A stretch of DNA of 64,000 bases. Source: Octopus vulgaris (taxonomy: Eukaryota). The translations under genes and the position numbers were made by a program. Location: positions 62,620,001 through 62,684,000 of the forward strand of contig OX597820.1 in assembly GCA_951406725.2 (NCBI GenBank), read 5' to 3'. Below, one piece after another: positions 14,607 through 27,606 of the stretch (position 1 is its first letter; each line of letters starts with the position of its first letter). Below the pieces are notes generated by a model that was given only the letters and a program-made list of their open reading frames with translations, was not told the DNA's origin and did not search any database.

Positions 14607-15035
14607 GTATCTGTCAAGACCTACCAAAAACTTAGCAAATATAAAGATCTTGAAATAGAAATCAGCAAAATGTAGAACCTGAAGACTAAAAGAATACCTC
14701 TTGTCATAGGTGCCTTGGGAATGATAGCAAAAGGGGCTGATTGCTACATAACTCAGATACCAGGAAACCCCAAAATGACAGAAATTCAAAAGATAGTGCT
14801 TATGGTAACTGTTCATATACTACGCAAAATACTTTCTATGTAACCTCAAGTTTTAAAACAAACATAATTTTAGTATGTTTTTTTTAGACATTCACTAGTA
14901 CAACACTAAATACAAAACCAAATATATGGCACACTAGGCATAACAACAACATGAACGTCCAATCTGTTGTCTCTTGAGGTCTCTGGGTGAGACTTGGAGC
15001 CAACTTGTACGAATGTAAAAAAAAGTCGAATATAG
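14607..15035 (+). mobile_element. R4/Dong-like 3' end (same subfamily as 15950-17095)
   Basis: Translates as KTYQKLSKYKDLEIEISKM*NLKT..IPLVIGALGMI...EIQKIVLM.TVHILRKILSM*, followed by a 3' UTR and (AAT)n. Confidence 0.85.
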
Positions 15036-15062
15036 AATAATAATAATAATAATAATAATAAT

Positions 15063-15101
<39 letters not shown>

Positions 15102-15117
15102 TGTAATAATAATAATA

Positions 15118-15158
<41 letters not shown>

Positions 15159-15202
15159 TGTAATAATAATAATAATAATTGTTATAATAATAATAATAAT
15201 TG

Positions 15203-15334
<132 letters not shown>

Positions 15335-15876
15335 TACCAGGCAGTGGCTCTCATGGCTTCTGGTCTTAACTGATTGGAAGTTTTATCATGTACATTGTTT
15401 TGTCTTGGTATAAAAGATGGGCTACAGCAAATATTCTGCTCAATACCACAGATTTGCTTGTCAGTTGTTTGACCTTAACCAGTTGAGCATGTCCCTTAGT
15501 GGCTGACGAAATGTGCATCTCTGATCACGAGCAGAAGTAGTGGGGGAGCATCATAGCCATGTGTTGAGAGGGATTCTTTGGGGTTTGAATAATTCACTTC
15601 TGGAAAGATGGGTGGTTCTTTCAACATCCTTAAGCAACCCTTATTCAGGGACCTTTTGAGCAGGATGGGCTACTCAACCTGAAGAAAATTCTAACTGGGC
15701 CCCACCTGCAAGGTCATGTGCTGTTTATCTTGATATGTGATCACCATGTCGCGCACATATGGTTGTGATGCATGTGCCTGGTGTACCCTTATCAGACGGG
15801 TAGTCATGATGGGTATATTGGGCTTCGTATATTTTACCCCAGTGTCACTTTGATGGCATGAACTGCTCTCTCACTC
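15335..15876 (+). mobile_element. ~555-nt (TAA)n-associated element, copy 2
   Basis: Near-identical to the copies at 39186-39739 and 43951-44497. (AAT)n lies on both sides. Confidence 0.9.
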
Positions 15877-15944
<68 letters not shown>

Positions 15945-15949
15945 TAATA

Positions 15950-17095
15950 ACCTGAGAAACTCTGAGGGCTGGATGTTAAAACTTGTCTCAAATCATGAAA
16001 ATAAGAAAGCATCATACTCTGGAACAAACCAAGTAAAGGAATATATAAGTGAATTCCAAATACAACAAATTCCAGAATTAGACGTACAAGAAACAAGCGC
16101 AGAAAAGCTAAGCGTATGAAAACCCGTGCTAAAACTGCTGCCTTACATATTCTTACTGATATATGGCACGAAAAACCCAAAGAGAGCTAATCATGCCGAT
16201 GTTGACAAATCCCTTACCCAACAATGGTTAATGACTTCTGGCTTAATATCAGAAACAGAAAGTTTTATCATAGCAGCCCAAGATCAATGCTTCCCTACAA
16301 GGAACTACCAGGCCAACATATTAAAGAACGGCAGCTTCCCAATGTGTCGTGTATGTCAACAGCAAAAGGAAACCATTGATCATGTTGTTTCCATGTGCAG
16401 TCTTCTTGCGCCTACAGAGTATATCAACAGGCATGATAGACCTGCACAATATATTCACTGCATAATTTGCAAAAGCCTGCCCCGTGATAAAAACTGGTGG
16501 GAACACAAACCATCTCCAGTGCTTGAAAATGATCACATCTCACTCCTCTGGAAGTTCACCATTCAAACTGACAGAAAGATAAATGTGAATGGGCCACACA
16601 TTATATTGAAAGACTTCAGACAAAATTATGCCTCCTCATTGATATGACTGTCCCAATCGATATAAATGTAACTGTCAAGGCCTACTAAAAACTGAGCAAG
16701 TATAAAGATCTTTAAATAGAAATTGACAAAATGTGGAACCTGAAGAATAAAACAATACCTGTTGTCATAGGTGCCCTGGGAATAATAGCAAAAGTGTCTG
16801 ATAGCTACCTCGCTCAGATACCAGGAAACCCCAAAATGGCAGAAATTCAAAAGATAGTGCTCATGGGAACTGCCCATATCCTACGTAAAATACGGTCTAT
16901 GTAATCTTAAATTTTAAAACAAACTCATAATTTTCTTATGATTTCTTAAAAATTCTCTAAAACAATACTATATCCAAAACCAAATATATAACACCCTAGG
17001 TATAATACCAACATGAACTTCTAACTTGTCTTTTGAGGTCTCTGGGTGAAACTTGTATCCATCTTGTACAAATACTAAGCAAAAGTTAAACATAT
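15950..17095 (+). mobile_element. R4/Dong-like RLE non-LTR retrotransposon, 3' ~1.1 kb, decayed
   Basis: The ORF at 16126-16647 reads WL...ETESFIIAAQDQCFPTRNY...CRVC...ETIDHVVSMCSLLAPTEYINRHD...WWEHKP...IQTDRKI..NGPHI. The C-terminus has stops and frameshifts, and (AAT)n flanks the element. Confidence 0.9.
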
Positions 17096-17119
17096 AATAA
17101 TAATGATAATGATAAAAAT

Positions 17120-17297
17120 GGTTTCAAATTTTGCCACAAGGGCAGCCATTTTGGGGAGGGGATAAGTCGATTGCATCGACCGCAGTGTTTCACTGGTACT
17201 TAATTTATCGACCCTGAGACGTTGAAAGGGAAATTCGAACTCAGAACGTAGCGGCAGACGAAATACCGTTAAACATTTTGCCCGGCGTACTAACGGC
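17120..17297 (-). mobile_element. SINE family 2
   Basis: Homologous to 5020-5222. Confidence 0.75.
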
Positions 17298-19681
17298 AGT
17301 AATTCTCATGTGTAAAGTAATGTTCAGTTTATGCTATATAATTTCTTACAGTTCTGTTATTAATCATTTGCACTTTAAACGATATAACATGACGTTCTTT
17401 AGGCGAATGGAGTTAAGGATTAATTATCTGTAATGGGCTTTAAAATTTAAATGATTTATTGAGCTCGTAAAATATACTATTCAAATTTGTTTTTAAATGC
17501 AAAATATATGTTGATATCTTCTGTAACATCCAGAATTCAAAAGTATCAAATTTATTTACTTTATAAATATGAATTTTGTCCGTTTATACTGATGACTGAA
17601 TTAAAGTATAATATTATTTTACGATTGATTTTGAATTATGGAAACATAAATAAAAGTTGTATATTTTACTTTATTGGTGTAATAGTTTTTACGAAGAGTG
17701 TCATCAGTTGCCACAGGTAATGTATGACGTATGAGAGATATATAATCTTCTCTGTCGTCTTTATGAAGATCACTGAAAATATTTTTTTAAATAAATTTCA
17801 GATTTACTCATATTTATCCCCTTAATAAAGACGACACAGTAGCATATTTCGCCATCACGCACACCATAAATTACTTCGAATCAACTCAAAATAAATTCTC
17901 ATGAAACATTAACTACACTTTAATCAACACCACCGAAACCAAATTAGGCAATGTGCAATCATATTTCAGTTTCAATTATGTTTAGGATAAGATGCGTAAT
18001 TCCTTTCTCAGTGTGGAACAATAGTATATCCGTAATATAATGATTTAATGGTATTAACGATATATAATACTTTAAATTAACTCTGCGTGATATTATTGAA
18101 TTTTATCCTACCATAACTAAATCTCTTAAAGCTTTAGTTTTCGCCAGCAGCGTCGAACAAATCAGTGAATTTTATATTAAGATAATTTTGCACAGAAAGA
18201 AAACCCTTTCGTTTTTTTGACAACTCATCCTCAGGGAAAAAAGAAACCTAGATGAATTGACTCGTATTTCTATGGGATAAAACATTGCAACGGAAATATG
18301 CAAAATTATTAGAATTTGTGTCTTGAACTATTTGCATAATATGATTTTTATGTTGGAAGATTGAAACAGAGATGCCCTTTTAGTTATGACGAATATATGA
18401 TTTCGAATTTCAAAGTAAGACATCCCACAAAATTAGATAGTGAATAAAAGAGAAAGAATTATTGCCTTAATACATTAATGTTTTGCGTATTACCTTAAGT
18501 TAACATAAGAGTATCTTCTGCATACACCGAAAAGCAAATGAAATACTGTTTAAATAAGAAAACTGATCATATACCACCTAACATTAGTAAACATATATCC
18601 TACATTATATTAGGATGAAGCGATATTCATTACTGTCTCTCGTTGTTGTAATAGCACTCTTCATATAAAATGCCTTTGCATATAAAATACAATTTATTAC
18701 ATACTTTATCTCAATCATTAAAATAGTACTACAAATATTTTATGGTCTCATCGCGGCTCCTGTTTAAAAACAGGAAAAGATAATGCCAACGACTTCCTTA
18801 ATTTAATATCTTTTGATGGGCTATATGATTATTTTTGCAGGACCGCATCATTTAAAATAAACTATGCTTGATGGACGAATTTTGTAATCTCAGTTAATAC
18901 GTTAATTTTCAAAAGACATTCCAATAGCAGTTATGAGTTTTCCTTTCCTACCAGTAATTACATAGCTTGAAATAATTACCCACATAAACATAATTGCCTC
19001 TCAGAAGCTGTAATATATTGTATCAAACTGCAATAAGATAGTAATTGTATGCCAAATACATATCGGATTCACCAAGAATTGCGCCTCTATCAACATATTC
19101 AGAATTAAGATTTTATATTATCATTTCCAAGAGGCGAATCAACAGAAACGTTAGAACACTATATGCAATACCTTGTGATGCCTATTCTAATTTCTCAGGT
19201 TCTCTGTTCAGATCTCATCCAGGTTAAATTTACGTTTCAGCGTTCCGGGTTCCATAAATGTAAAACACCATTATGGTGGTGGACTCTCAGAATCTTTAGA
19301 GAGTAGGACGGCATGTCATGGTGATATTTGCTCCACTTTGCGCTCAGAATCCAAATCTCGTCGTGAATTTGATATCCGTTAGAAGTATCCGTCTCTAGCA
19401 TAAATACCACCAACTTGTGTCTTCTTTGGTTCGCTATAGCTCAGCGAGCTCTTTTGCAAAACTTCGAGTTAGATGTCTAGTTTCAGAGTGCCCTGTTCCA
19501 TCTTGTGACGTTGGCCCTATAAAAGATTATGGACACTACTATTTTTTTAATAAGAAAACACCCTCGGCGATATTGCAAATGCTAAGTCGAACAAGAAGCT
19601 ACAAACTTGAAAGTCAACTTTCGTTTCGAATTGTTTCTGAAAATCATGTGTAAATTAAACATTAGTTTATTTTAAGACATA

Positions 19682-19821
19682 CTGTAATGCTTCACTATAC
19701 GAGTTAATTCATTCCCGCAGAACACTAGTAAAGCGAACACTCTTAAACAGAAAATAAAACTCGCAAAAGCGCGTAAACGCGTGGCCTCGTAAAGCAGATT
19801 TCGTAAAGTGAGGTATTACTG
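19682..19821. mobile_element. Tigger/pogo-like MITE (~140 bp)
   Basis: Imperfect TIRs CTGTAATGCTTCACTATACGA and TCGTAAAGTGAGGTATTACTG, with TA on both sides. Confidence 0.7.
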
Positions 19822-20436
19822 TACTTACAAAAGGACTAAACGAGAGATCTCGAATGTTTGAAAGTGGGTATACTTTAAATCAAATGAATTCTTCATATGT
19901 ATCTTCAAATGAAGCATTTAGCTGTCAGAATCTTTACAGAAAAGGGTAACTGCCCTTGGGGAATTCATCTTGGATCTCTCGTGCGTGCTCAAAATTAATT
20001 TTGTTTCCACAGTCACAAACTTAGAGGTAAAAAGAACTGGAGTTTATTCATGTTCTCTCGCTTGTCATTCTCCATTCCGCTCTCTATCAGAACGAAATCG
20101 ATTGTCTTCATCTCTGTAGAGAAGAGAGTATCACTAGAACTCCAGTGAGAGTCGAAGTTCGAAGACATAAATGGATGGCACTCCAAAATAGAGACCGAAT
20201 AGGTTTAAAACTATTTTTTAACTTATGTGTTATTCCCCATTAAATTTTAAATATCCTTTTAAAGTTAAATCATTTTCTCCTATTTTATTCGCATAGAGCT
20301 TGTGATGATATTCAAATATTTAAAACCAATGTACATTATATGCCAAATTTAATGTAACATTTTTCGTAATCGATCGAAAACGGCAATTACAATAATTAAA
20401 AGCGATGATTTGTATAGAATTGGCACCTGTAATATA

Positions 20437-20509
20437 CGAGGGTGTCTGAAAGTTTTTGAGCCTTGAAGTCTTGTTTTGTTGAGGCTTAAGACTTTTCATA
20501 CACCCCTCG
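20437..20509. mobile_element. Ultra-short mariner-type MITE (73 bp)
   Basis: TA-CGAGGGTGTCTGAAAGTTTTTGAGCCT ... AGGCTTAAGACTTTTCATACACCCCTCG-TA. Confidence 0.75.
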
Positions 20510-20600
20510 TATCATATAACTTTACTTTGGCTATCGAATACTCGCTTTTGTTCAACTTGCCGCTTAACTGTTCATACTTACACATGCATATGCTTATATA

Positions 20601-20833
20601 CAGAGTAGCCAAATATCACCCGACAGTATATCAACATTTCATAAATACTATCTGTAATACTATATTGATTCGAATGCAAAAATGTGTCGCTAGAGAAGAA
20701 TTTCTGTTTGAAGAATTTTCGCAATGTTTCTTATTTAGATGCTTTTATTAAATTCATACAGCTGTTAAACATTAAACATAAATATATCTTGGAATTAAAT
20801 GGTTTTAATTTACTAGCAGGTGAACTTTGGCCA

Positions 20834-20839
<6 letters not shown>
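20601..20839 (+). mobile_element. Tc1/mariner-derived MITE with a transposase C-terminal remnant
   Basis: Imperfect TIRs CAGAGTAGCCAAATATCACC and GGTGAACTTTGGCCAACCCTA, with TA flanks. The internal RMQKCVAREE..FE resembles Tc1 C-termini. Confidence 0.55.
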
Positions 20840-20892
<53 letters not shown>

Positions 20893-21063
20893 GTGCGCGT
20901 GTGTATGTGCGTGTGTTAAAACATATATATATATATATATATTGAAGCACAATAAAAGTTTAATTACCTATACAGAGAGTATTGAACATTATATCTAATA
21001 CTCAGCTGCAAGGTAACTACATAAACGGTGGTTTATATATATGTTATTTATTATAATGATAAA

Positions 21064-21405
21064 ATGAGAGAATAGAGAAGTAACTAATAAATTATTATTT
21101 ATTAATTTTAAAAAATGACAAACATCACTTAGAACTGTTTCAATTAAGGCTCTCAAAAAATGTATTAATCAAATTAAAAATTATTTGAAAGTCGAATCTC
21201 TTGTGGTATAAAAAATGGGTATTCAATTCCTTCATGCTGAGGAAACGGCTTTGTATACCTTTATCAGCACATGAAGAGATTCGATTTTAAATAACTTTTA
21301 ATTTAATCAATAAATTTTGTAAGACCCTGAATTGAAACAGCTGTAAGAGATATTTGACAATGTTTTTAAATAAATATTTTTTCAATTACCTCTCCATTCT
21401 CTCAT
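21064..21405. repeat. ~140-bp-arm inverted repeat carrying decayed hammerhead motifs (likely a PLE pLTR pair)
   Basis: Arms are 21064-21202 and 21274-21405. The right side reads ATGAAGA-GATTC...GAATT-GAAA-CAGCTG-TA. Confidence 0.7.
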
Positions 21406-22779
21406 CGTATATATATACACTCATATATGTACACATACATACACACATATATATTATTCAGATTATGATGCGGTTAATATAGCAATACGTCTCCATATAT
21501 TTACTACAATATGTCTTGCACAGGATGCGATCGTAACAAACTGGATAGATAACATTTTTTTGTGAATGTGTACATTCCCAAGTCATACAATTTAATTTAT
21601 AAAGCCCTCAGCTGGTGTACGGAATTCCATTGTGTATATCGAAAGATATACAAGCAGGGTTTCTTTTTATAAGGTATAATGGATTATAGTCATTTTATTT
21701 TACTTTTTGCAAATTGCGTCCTACAACCCATTAAAAGTCATTTTTAAAGAAACAAAAAAAGTCCTGTTTTGCTTACTCGTAGATTACAATATCACATAAG
21801 AGAAAATGAGAACGGAAGAAATAAATGAAGAGAAACCTTTGCATAATAACCAACGTACTCTAGACAAAAATTGCGAATCTAGCAACCTAGTGGAACACAC
21901 TATTTTCCCCACTAATGTTTTTCAGTCTTTTTATGTATACAAATTTCGTTATATGTTTTCTCATGTAATGAAATATTTGAAACCATAATATCATTTCGCT
22001 TCCATTTACATTGTATCTATTAGTTCACCTGACAAAAAGCATTTACGTGGTCGTACTACTTGCTATAAGTAAGTATTTTTTCAACCACACAGTGTATAGG
22101 ATAATGTACAATGAATGCCTTTGATTGTAGAATCTGATCAACTCGAATTGAAGCAGATGGAGTAGAACTAATATGCCAAACAGCAATGTGCCAGCAAGAG
22201 AGATAGTATATAAGTGGTGAGGAAGCACATTGGTAACTAATGTACAGCATATGCTAATGTTCCAGATGACCCCTCATTTTCATAAAACTCAATAGAAAGG
22301 AGTCTAGTAGGAAGGAAATTCAAACTTTACAATTATTTCAAGAGTATTAATTAAAATTTTGCTGCATTGAAACATCAGTAAAATGGTTTTAGATAATACA
22401 TAAAGATTAAACTTCTGATTTAAATGCTAGGTCTTGGCAGAAAGAACGCTGGGAATTGGAAATAATAAGGAAATTTCATATCGTCAAAGGTCACATACGA
22501 ATTCTATTATTGAATTCAACAACATTTCTTATATTCGGCCTCCTGTGGGAGTTTGAATTTGTACTTAACAGGAACTATCAGGTTTTATTTTGGGAATGTT
22601 TCGCTTTTGGAACGATTCGTTACACATCAAAACCATACAACATTTTACAATATCGATTCAGCTTGCCAAGAATATATATTCATAAACCTGCATAAACCAA
22701 TGCACGATCATCTATATAGTCACTTGAGCATCTAGAAACATGAGCAAACTCTCTTTCAAATCACATCCTACATTCTTCG

Positions 22780-22979
22780 TAGGAGTGGCTGTGTGGTAAG
22801 TAGCTTGCTTACCAACCAAATGGTTCTGGGTTCAGTCCCACTGCATGGCATCTTGGGCAAGTGTCTTCTACTACAGCCTCGGGCCGACCGAAGCCTTGTG
22901 AGTGAATATGGTAGACGGAAACTGAAAAAAGCGCGTCATATATATGTACATATATATATATATGCACACACACGCACAC

Positions 22980-23030
<51 letters not shown>

Positions 23031-23246
23031 CTTGTGTGTCTATGTTTGTTCCCCCAACTTCGCTTGACAACCGATGCTGGTTTGTTTACGTCCCCATAAC
23101 TTAGCGGTTCGGCAAAAGAGAACGATAGAATAAGTACCGGGCTTACAAAGAATAAGTCTTCCGGTCGGTTTGCTCGACTACAATCGGTGCTCCAGCATGG
23201 CCACAGTCAAATGACTGAAACAAGTAAAAGAGTAAAAGTAAAAGAA
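22780..23246 (+). mobile_element. SINE family 1, full length
   Basis: Has the head GGAGTGGCTGTGTGGTAAGTAGCTTGC, the CTTGGGCAAGT motif, an internal (TA)(TG) tract and the tail GCTCCAGCATGGCCACAGTC. Confidence 0.85.
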
Positions 23247-23640
23247 TAATGTTAGTGGGGAGTCTTTTGTACATCCGAAAAAGAGGAAATAATTGAAAGT
23301 ATGGCTAATTTGGTCATGAATCTCGACGATCATGATCCTGCAGGACAACATATTTCCTCCCTCGTTATTTATTGTTAAAAATTTTGGAAATATTTGTAAA
23401 CGAACAAATGACCGCAAATCTTTTAAACATGAAGAACATTGCATTGAAATCAATGAATATTCAAATGTCTTAGATAAATCCATTTATATTCCACAGGTAT
23501 AGACAGAGAGACAGACACACACGCACACATACACACACATACACACACAAACACATGTACGTACACACACACACGCAAGAACACCGCCAGACATCCATAA
23601 ATATGTATATGCATACATACGCACATACATATGCATATAC

Positions 23641-23697
<57 letters not shown>

Positions 23698-23699
23698 CA

Positions 23700-25420
23700 T
23701 CATTCTCGTCAAACCAGTCTTGGTCCTTCTTTCGAGCAATGCCGATCGATGGCAGCGGTCATGGCTTCATGAAGGCTGGTCCAACGAACCTCAATGGTTA
23801 TCTCTGAGAAGTCCATCAGGTGTCTCTCAATGGAGTCCTTGAAGTCTTGGGATGCTTGTGAGTTCCCGAGTTTGGCGCAGTCGAAGCCTCGGCAAGTGAT
23901 GTTTGCTGAGGCCCACTTTGGTGGGCAGCAGATCTTAATGTCAAGGCGAGAAATAAGAAGGCGGTGATCCGTCCAGTAGTCATCTGCACCAGCCATGAGG
24001 CATGGAGCGGGTCTGTGCCTGGATCTTGTCAGAACGTAGACGAGGATGTACCAGTGTTTAGACCGTGGGTGTTTCCATGTCGTTTTTTGTCGGGTAGGGA
24101 GACGAAACAGGGAGTTGTTGATGACGAGTTCGTGCTCGGTGCAAAGGCCTAGTAGGCGCTGTCCATTGGTATTGCATTTCCCAATGCCGTGATGACCAAG
24201 AATGCCATTCTACACACAATATGTCACTGCCGACTCTGCCGTTAAAGTCCTCCAAAACGACGAGTTTGTCATGCACGGAGATTTTTTTATGGTGCAGTCC
24301 AGCAGGTTGTAGAATGAATCCTTGACATCGTCTTCAGATGCTAGGGTAGGGGCGTAAACACAGATATTGGCGTAAGGAATCTGTCCCGAATACGTGGGAT
24401 CCGAACAGACATCAGACGCTTACTGAAGGCAGTTGGGATGAGTCTGTGTAGGTCCACGAGTTACATTTTAATAGCAAGGCCAACTCCATGGCTGCGTGAT
24501 TCATTAGGATTCTTCTCCTTCCAAAAGATCGTGTATTTGGAGCCAGCTTCTCTGATGCTGCCTGCTCCGGGGAGCTTAGTCTCGTTCAAAGCTGTCACTT
24601 TGAAGAGGGCAAGTTCATTGCAGACGCGGGCTGTACGTCGCTCTGATCAATTAATATCAGTCATGTCCTGGAGAGTACGGATGTTCCAAGCCCCGAAGGT
24701 GATAGGTTGTGAAACAGAGGATTTAGTAGAGTTCCGACCGCTAAGTGTGAGGTCCGCCAGCTGCGGTATGCTGGCCAGATCGAGTTACCATGTCCGATGT
24801 TTACCCACTTTTTCTAGGGGGCTTTCCCTCGAGGGATGGGTTGCGGTAATCCTAAAGATCCATCCTAGTCACCTGTCTAGCTGCCGAACTCCAATGTCAC
24901 AGCTTTTCATTGGAGAGCGACCATCTGAGATTCGCCGCCAGTGTGTGGTCATGGACGAGAAGCTTCCATCTTTCCAGACTTGCCTCCGGTTCCCACGATA
25001 CCATCGACATTGGGATTTTTGAGACAGATTAGAAAGACGAATCCATTCGCTGTGTAAATTGTTTGAGGTGATCATAGCTGCGCGACAACCGCGTGCACGC
25101 ACTTGGCCAGGAATTTCCCCACTGTGGCTCAAGAAATGAGACTGCAGTCTTGACGAGGCTGGTTGCAGCGAGCTACCGGAGTCTATTCGCTTTTGTCACG
25201 CCTGCCCGTCAGGCGTTACCTTCGTCTGCTGAAGTTTATCCTTGGGGGCTTGAGATACAATCCTCTGCTTGCTCCGTCGTTGGGGTCTTGATATTAGTGT
25301 TTGATCAAGTTTAGTCGACCGTGCCATCATGGGTGGCCCTATCAGGAGTCTAAGACTCGAGATAATATAGCTCCCGTTATCATTGGAACACACATGCTCT
25401 TCCACCAAGACAAGAGACGA
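23700..25420 (-). mobile_element. RTE-clade LINE, 5' portion (5' UTR plus APE endonuclease), decayed and lacking its 3' half
   Basis: The minus strand reads TFGAWNIRTLQD...RRTARVCNELA...ALNETKLPGAGSIREAG..YTIFW...HGVGLAIK...VYAPTL...LVVLEDFNGRVG...HWYILVYVL...WTDHRLL. The 5' end CTTGTCTTGGTGGAAGAGCATGTG...TAGGGCCACCCA resembles RTE 5' UTRs. Confidence 0.9.
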
Positions 25421-26180
25421 TCATATATATATAAGTAAATTAACAGAAATAGTTTGAAGCACCAATACAAATTTAAGAGAAAACGTTGAATTGTGAATGA
25501 AAACACGAGCCTAGTTGCAGTTAAATTAATTGGTACTTCAGATCCTTCGCAGAAAAGTTTTGTCCACAAGTATCTATGGAAATTTTGTATAGAAATACCG
25601 CGTATAGAGATTGCAAGTACCAGCATATAAAAATGAACACAAATTTGAAGCCAGATTGAGAGCAATGCTTTACATTCAGCGTTAGATGTTATCTATCTTT
25701 TGTGTTTCACCAGCTTTCGGTCAGTCATTATGAAAGCAGTAATCTGAAAAGCCAGTACAAATAAATCATGAGAACTTTCTCGATCATCGCCCGCCAAAAT
25801 CATAAGTAAGAAAACAACCTTAACACAAATAAAATAAAACAGCTGACACATTTGACAACATTCTCTTACAAAATGGATTCTACAATTCAAGGCAGTTTTT
25901 TCACCCCGCACAATACGTGCGTACGGTCAGATCAATGCTAATATTCCATACAAAATACAAATTAATATATATAATTCCTTTGCTTAGTTCTATGCGAATC
26001 TACTGACTTAGAGGTTAACCCAAAATATGTAGGATTTGTGTCCTAAGCACGAAAACTGTAGATGGGAGAGATGCTGAAATTAACTGCATTAAATGAAACA
26101 AATATAAGCAATATTCTTGATATAACAGCACGAGTTTTCATTTGTCTTTAATAGATCGTTTTTAATATTCGTCTCCATAT

Positions 26181-26385
26181 TAAGGCAGCGAACTGGCAGA
26201 ATAATTGGAACGCCTTAGCAGCATTTTGTCTGTCTTTACGTTTTGAATTTAAATGCCACCGTGGTCGTCTGTCGTTCATTGTTTCGGGATCGATGAAATA
26301 AACACCGGTAGAATATTGGGATCAATGTAATCGACTTGCCCCCACCCCTAAATTGCCATTCGTCTACGAGAATTTGGTACCAAGA
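26181..26385 (+). mobile_element. SINE family 2, diverged
   Basis: Has the head TAAGGCAGCGAACTGGCAGAA and a GATCAATGTAATCGAC segment. Confidence 0.65.
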
Positions 26386-26572
26386 TTAGGCAAATAGCGA
26401 TTATTAAAGACTTCCTTATTTAACTTCTTTTACTCAAGTGTTGATAGTTTAATTTGACGCAACTAAAATGCAAATTTGCATAGTTTTGTTGGGATTCAGA
26501 AATTCATTATGGTATTAACATAGTTTAAATCATCATAGATAAAGATCTATAAAACCTCAGTGTACATATTTT

Positions 26573-26722
26573 ACAGGCGCGGTTCTAGGAATTTTTCGAA
26601 GGGAGGACAAAAGGTCAGAAGGGAATTTCTAGGAAAAAATAGGCGTAGTAACATTATTTAGAAGGAGGCACTCCTTTCTTGAGTGGGACACGTGCCCCTC
26701 AGGCCCCCTCTTGGTGCCCCTG
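26573..26722. mobile_element. Short DNA-transposon-like MITE with CAGG(C/G)GC termini
   Basis: A GC-rich island bounded by CAGGCGCGG and GTGCCCCTG. Confidence 0.4.
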
Positions 26723-26781
26723 CTTTGTGATTACTGAAGCTAAAACAATTTAATAGAGGTTGATGCAATCTTCTGACTTAC

Positions 26782-26870
26782 CAGTACTTGTGATACCATC
26801 CGAACCATGACAGCCAGGTAAACGGATTAAATGGTGAAGATAATATATTTCCACATATTTATTTAAAATT
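26782..26870 (-). CDS. Candidate host exon (89 nt)
   Basis: Acceptor TATTTCAG and a perfect donor G|GTAAGT. One frame is open (ILNKYVEIYYLHHLIRLPGCHGSDGITST). Alternatively, one added T gives a signal-peptide-like MWKYIIFTILIRLPGCHGSDGITST. Confidence 0.4.
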
Positions 26871-27555
26871 CTGAAATATGTATAATGCAGCAATAAAATT
26901 CAATACTTAAATATACTCAAGCTTTCAGGCTCGGAAATGTCTATACTTCATCGTATATAACGTTTACGTCATGTAAATTTAACTCTCCCTCTTATATATG
27001 TTAACTTTGAACATTTAATAGATAGCAGACCAACCCCATTGAAATAATACCTTAACTTCTTCAAAAAGAGACATACATTAGATAATGAAATATTAGCTTG
27101 AAACTGCAGAAGAGATGTGCACGGCTGGAATCCATTTGATAATGTTACTATTACTATATTATTTTGGCTTCTTTCACATAGTTTCCTAGTTTTTTAACAA
27201 TCAGGAACGAGAAAAATTACACTATAAGAAGAATTACGAATGACGCATACCAATTTTTACTGTCTTTTTATAGTGACCAAATTCAATACTGTTTTAATTT
27301 CGTTTCGTTTATACAGTTTCCAAGTATCATTGTGGCAGGAAAAAAAAATTGAATTCTATCATCAAAAGAAATCTAAATGCTGCGCTGGGTATAACACACC
27401 AACATTTTACTGTCTGCTTATGGTGCCCAATAGCAATACTTTTCTATTCTATTTTATGTATGTCTGTAATCGATAAACCGATAAGAAATAAAATATTGGT
27501 AACCTGCAACAAAGCAATTTTGACTTTTACTAGAATTAAAATCTCTTTCCACTAC

Positions 27556-27606
<51 letters not shown>

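Noticed and set aside
24438-25022. 194-aa plus-strand ORF
   Set aside because: It is the antisense shadow of the RTE endonuclease and 5' UTR.
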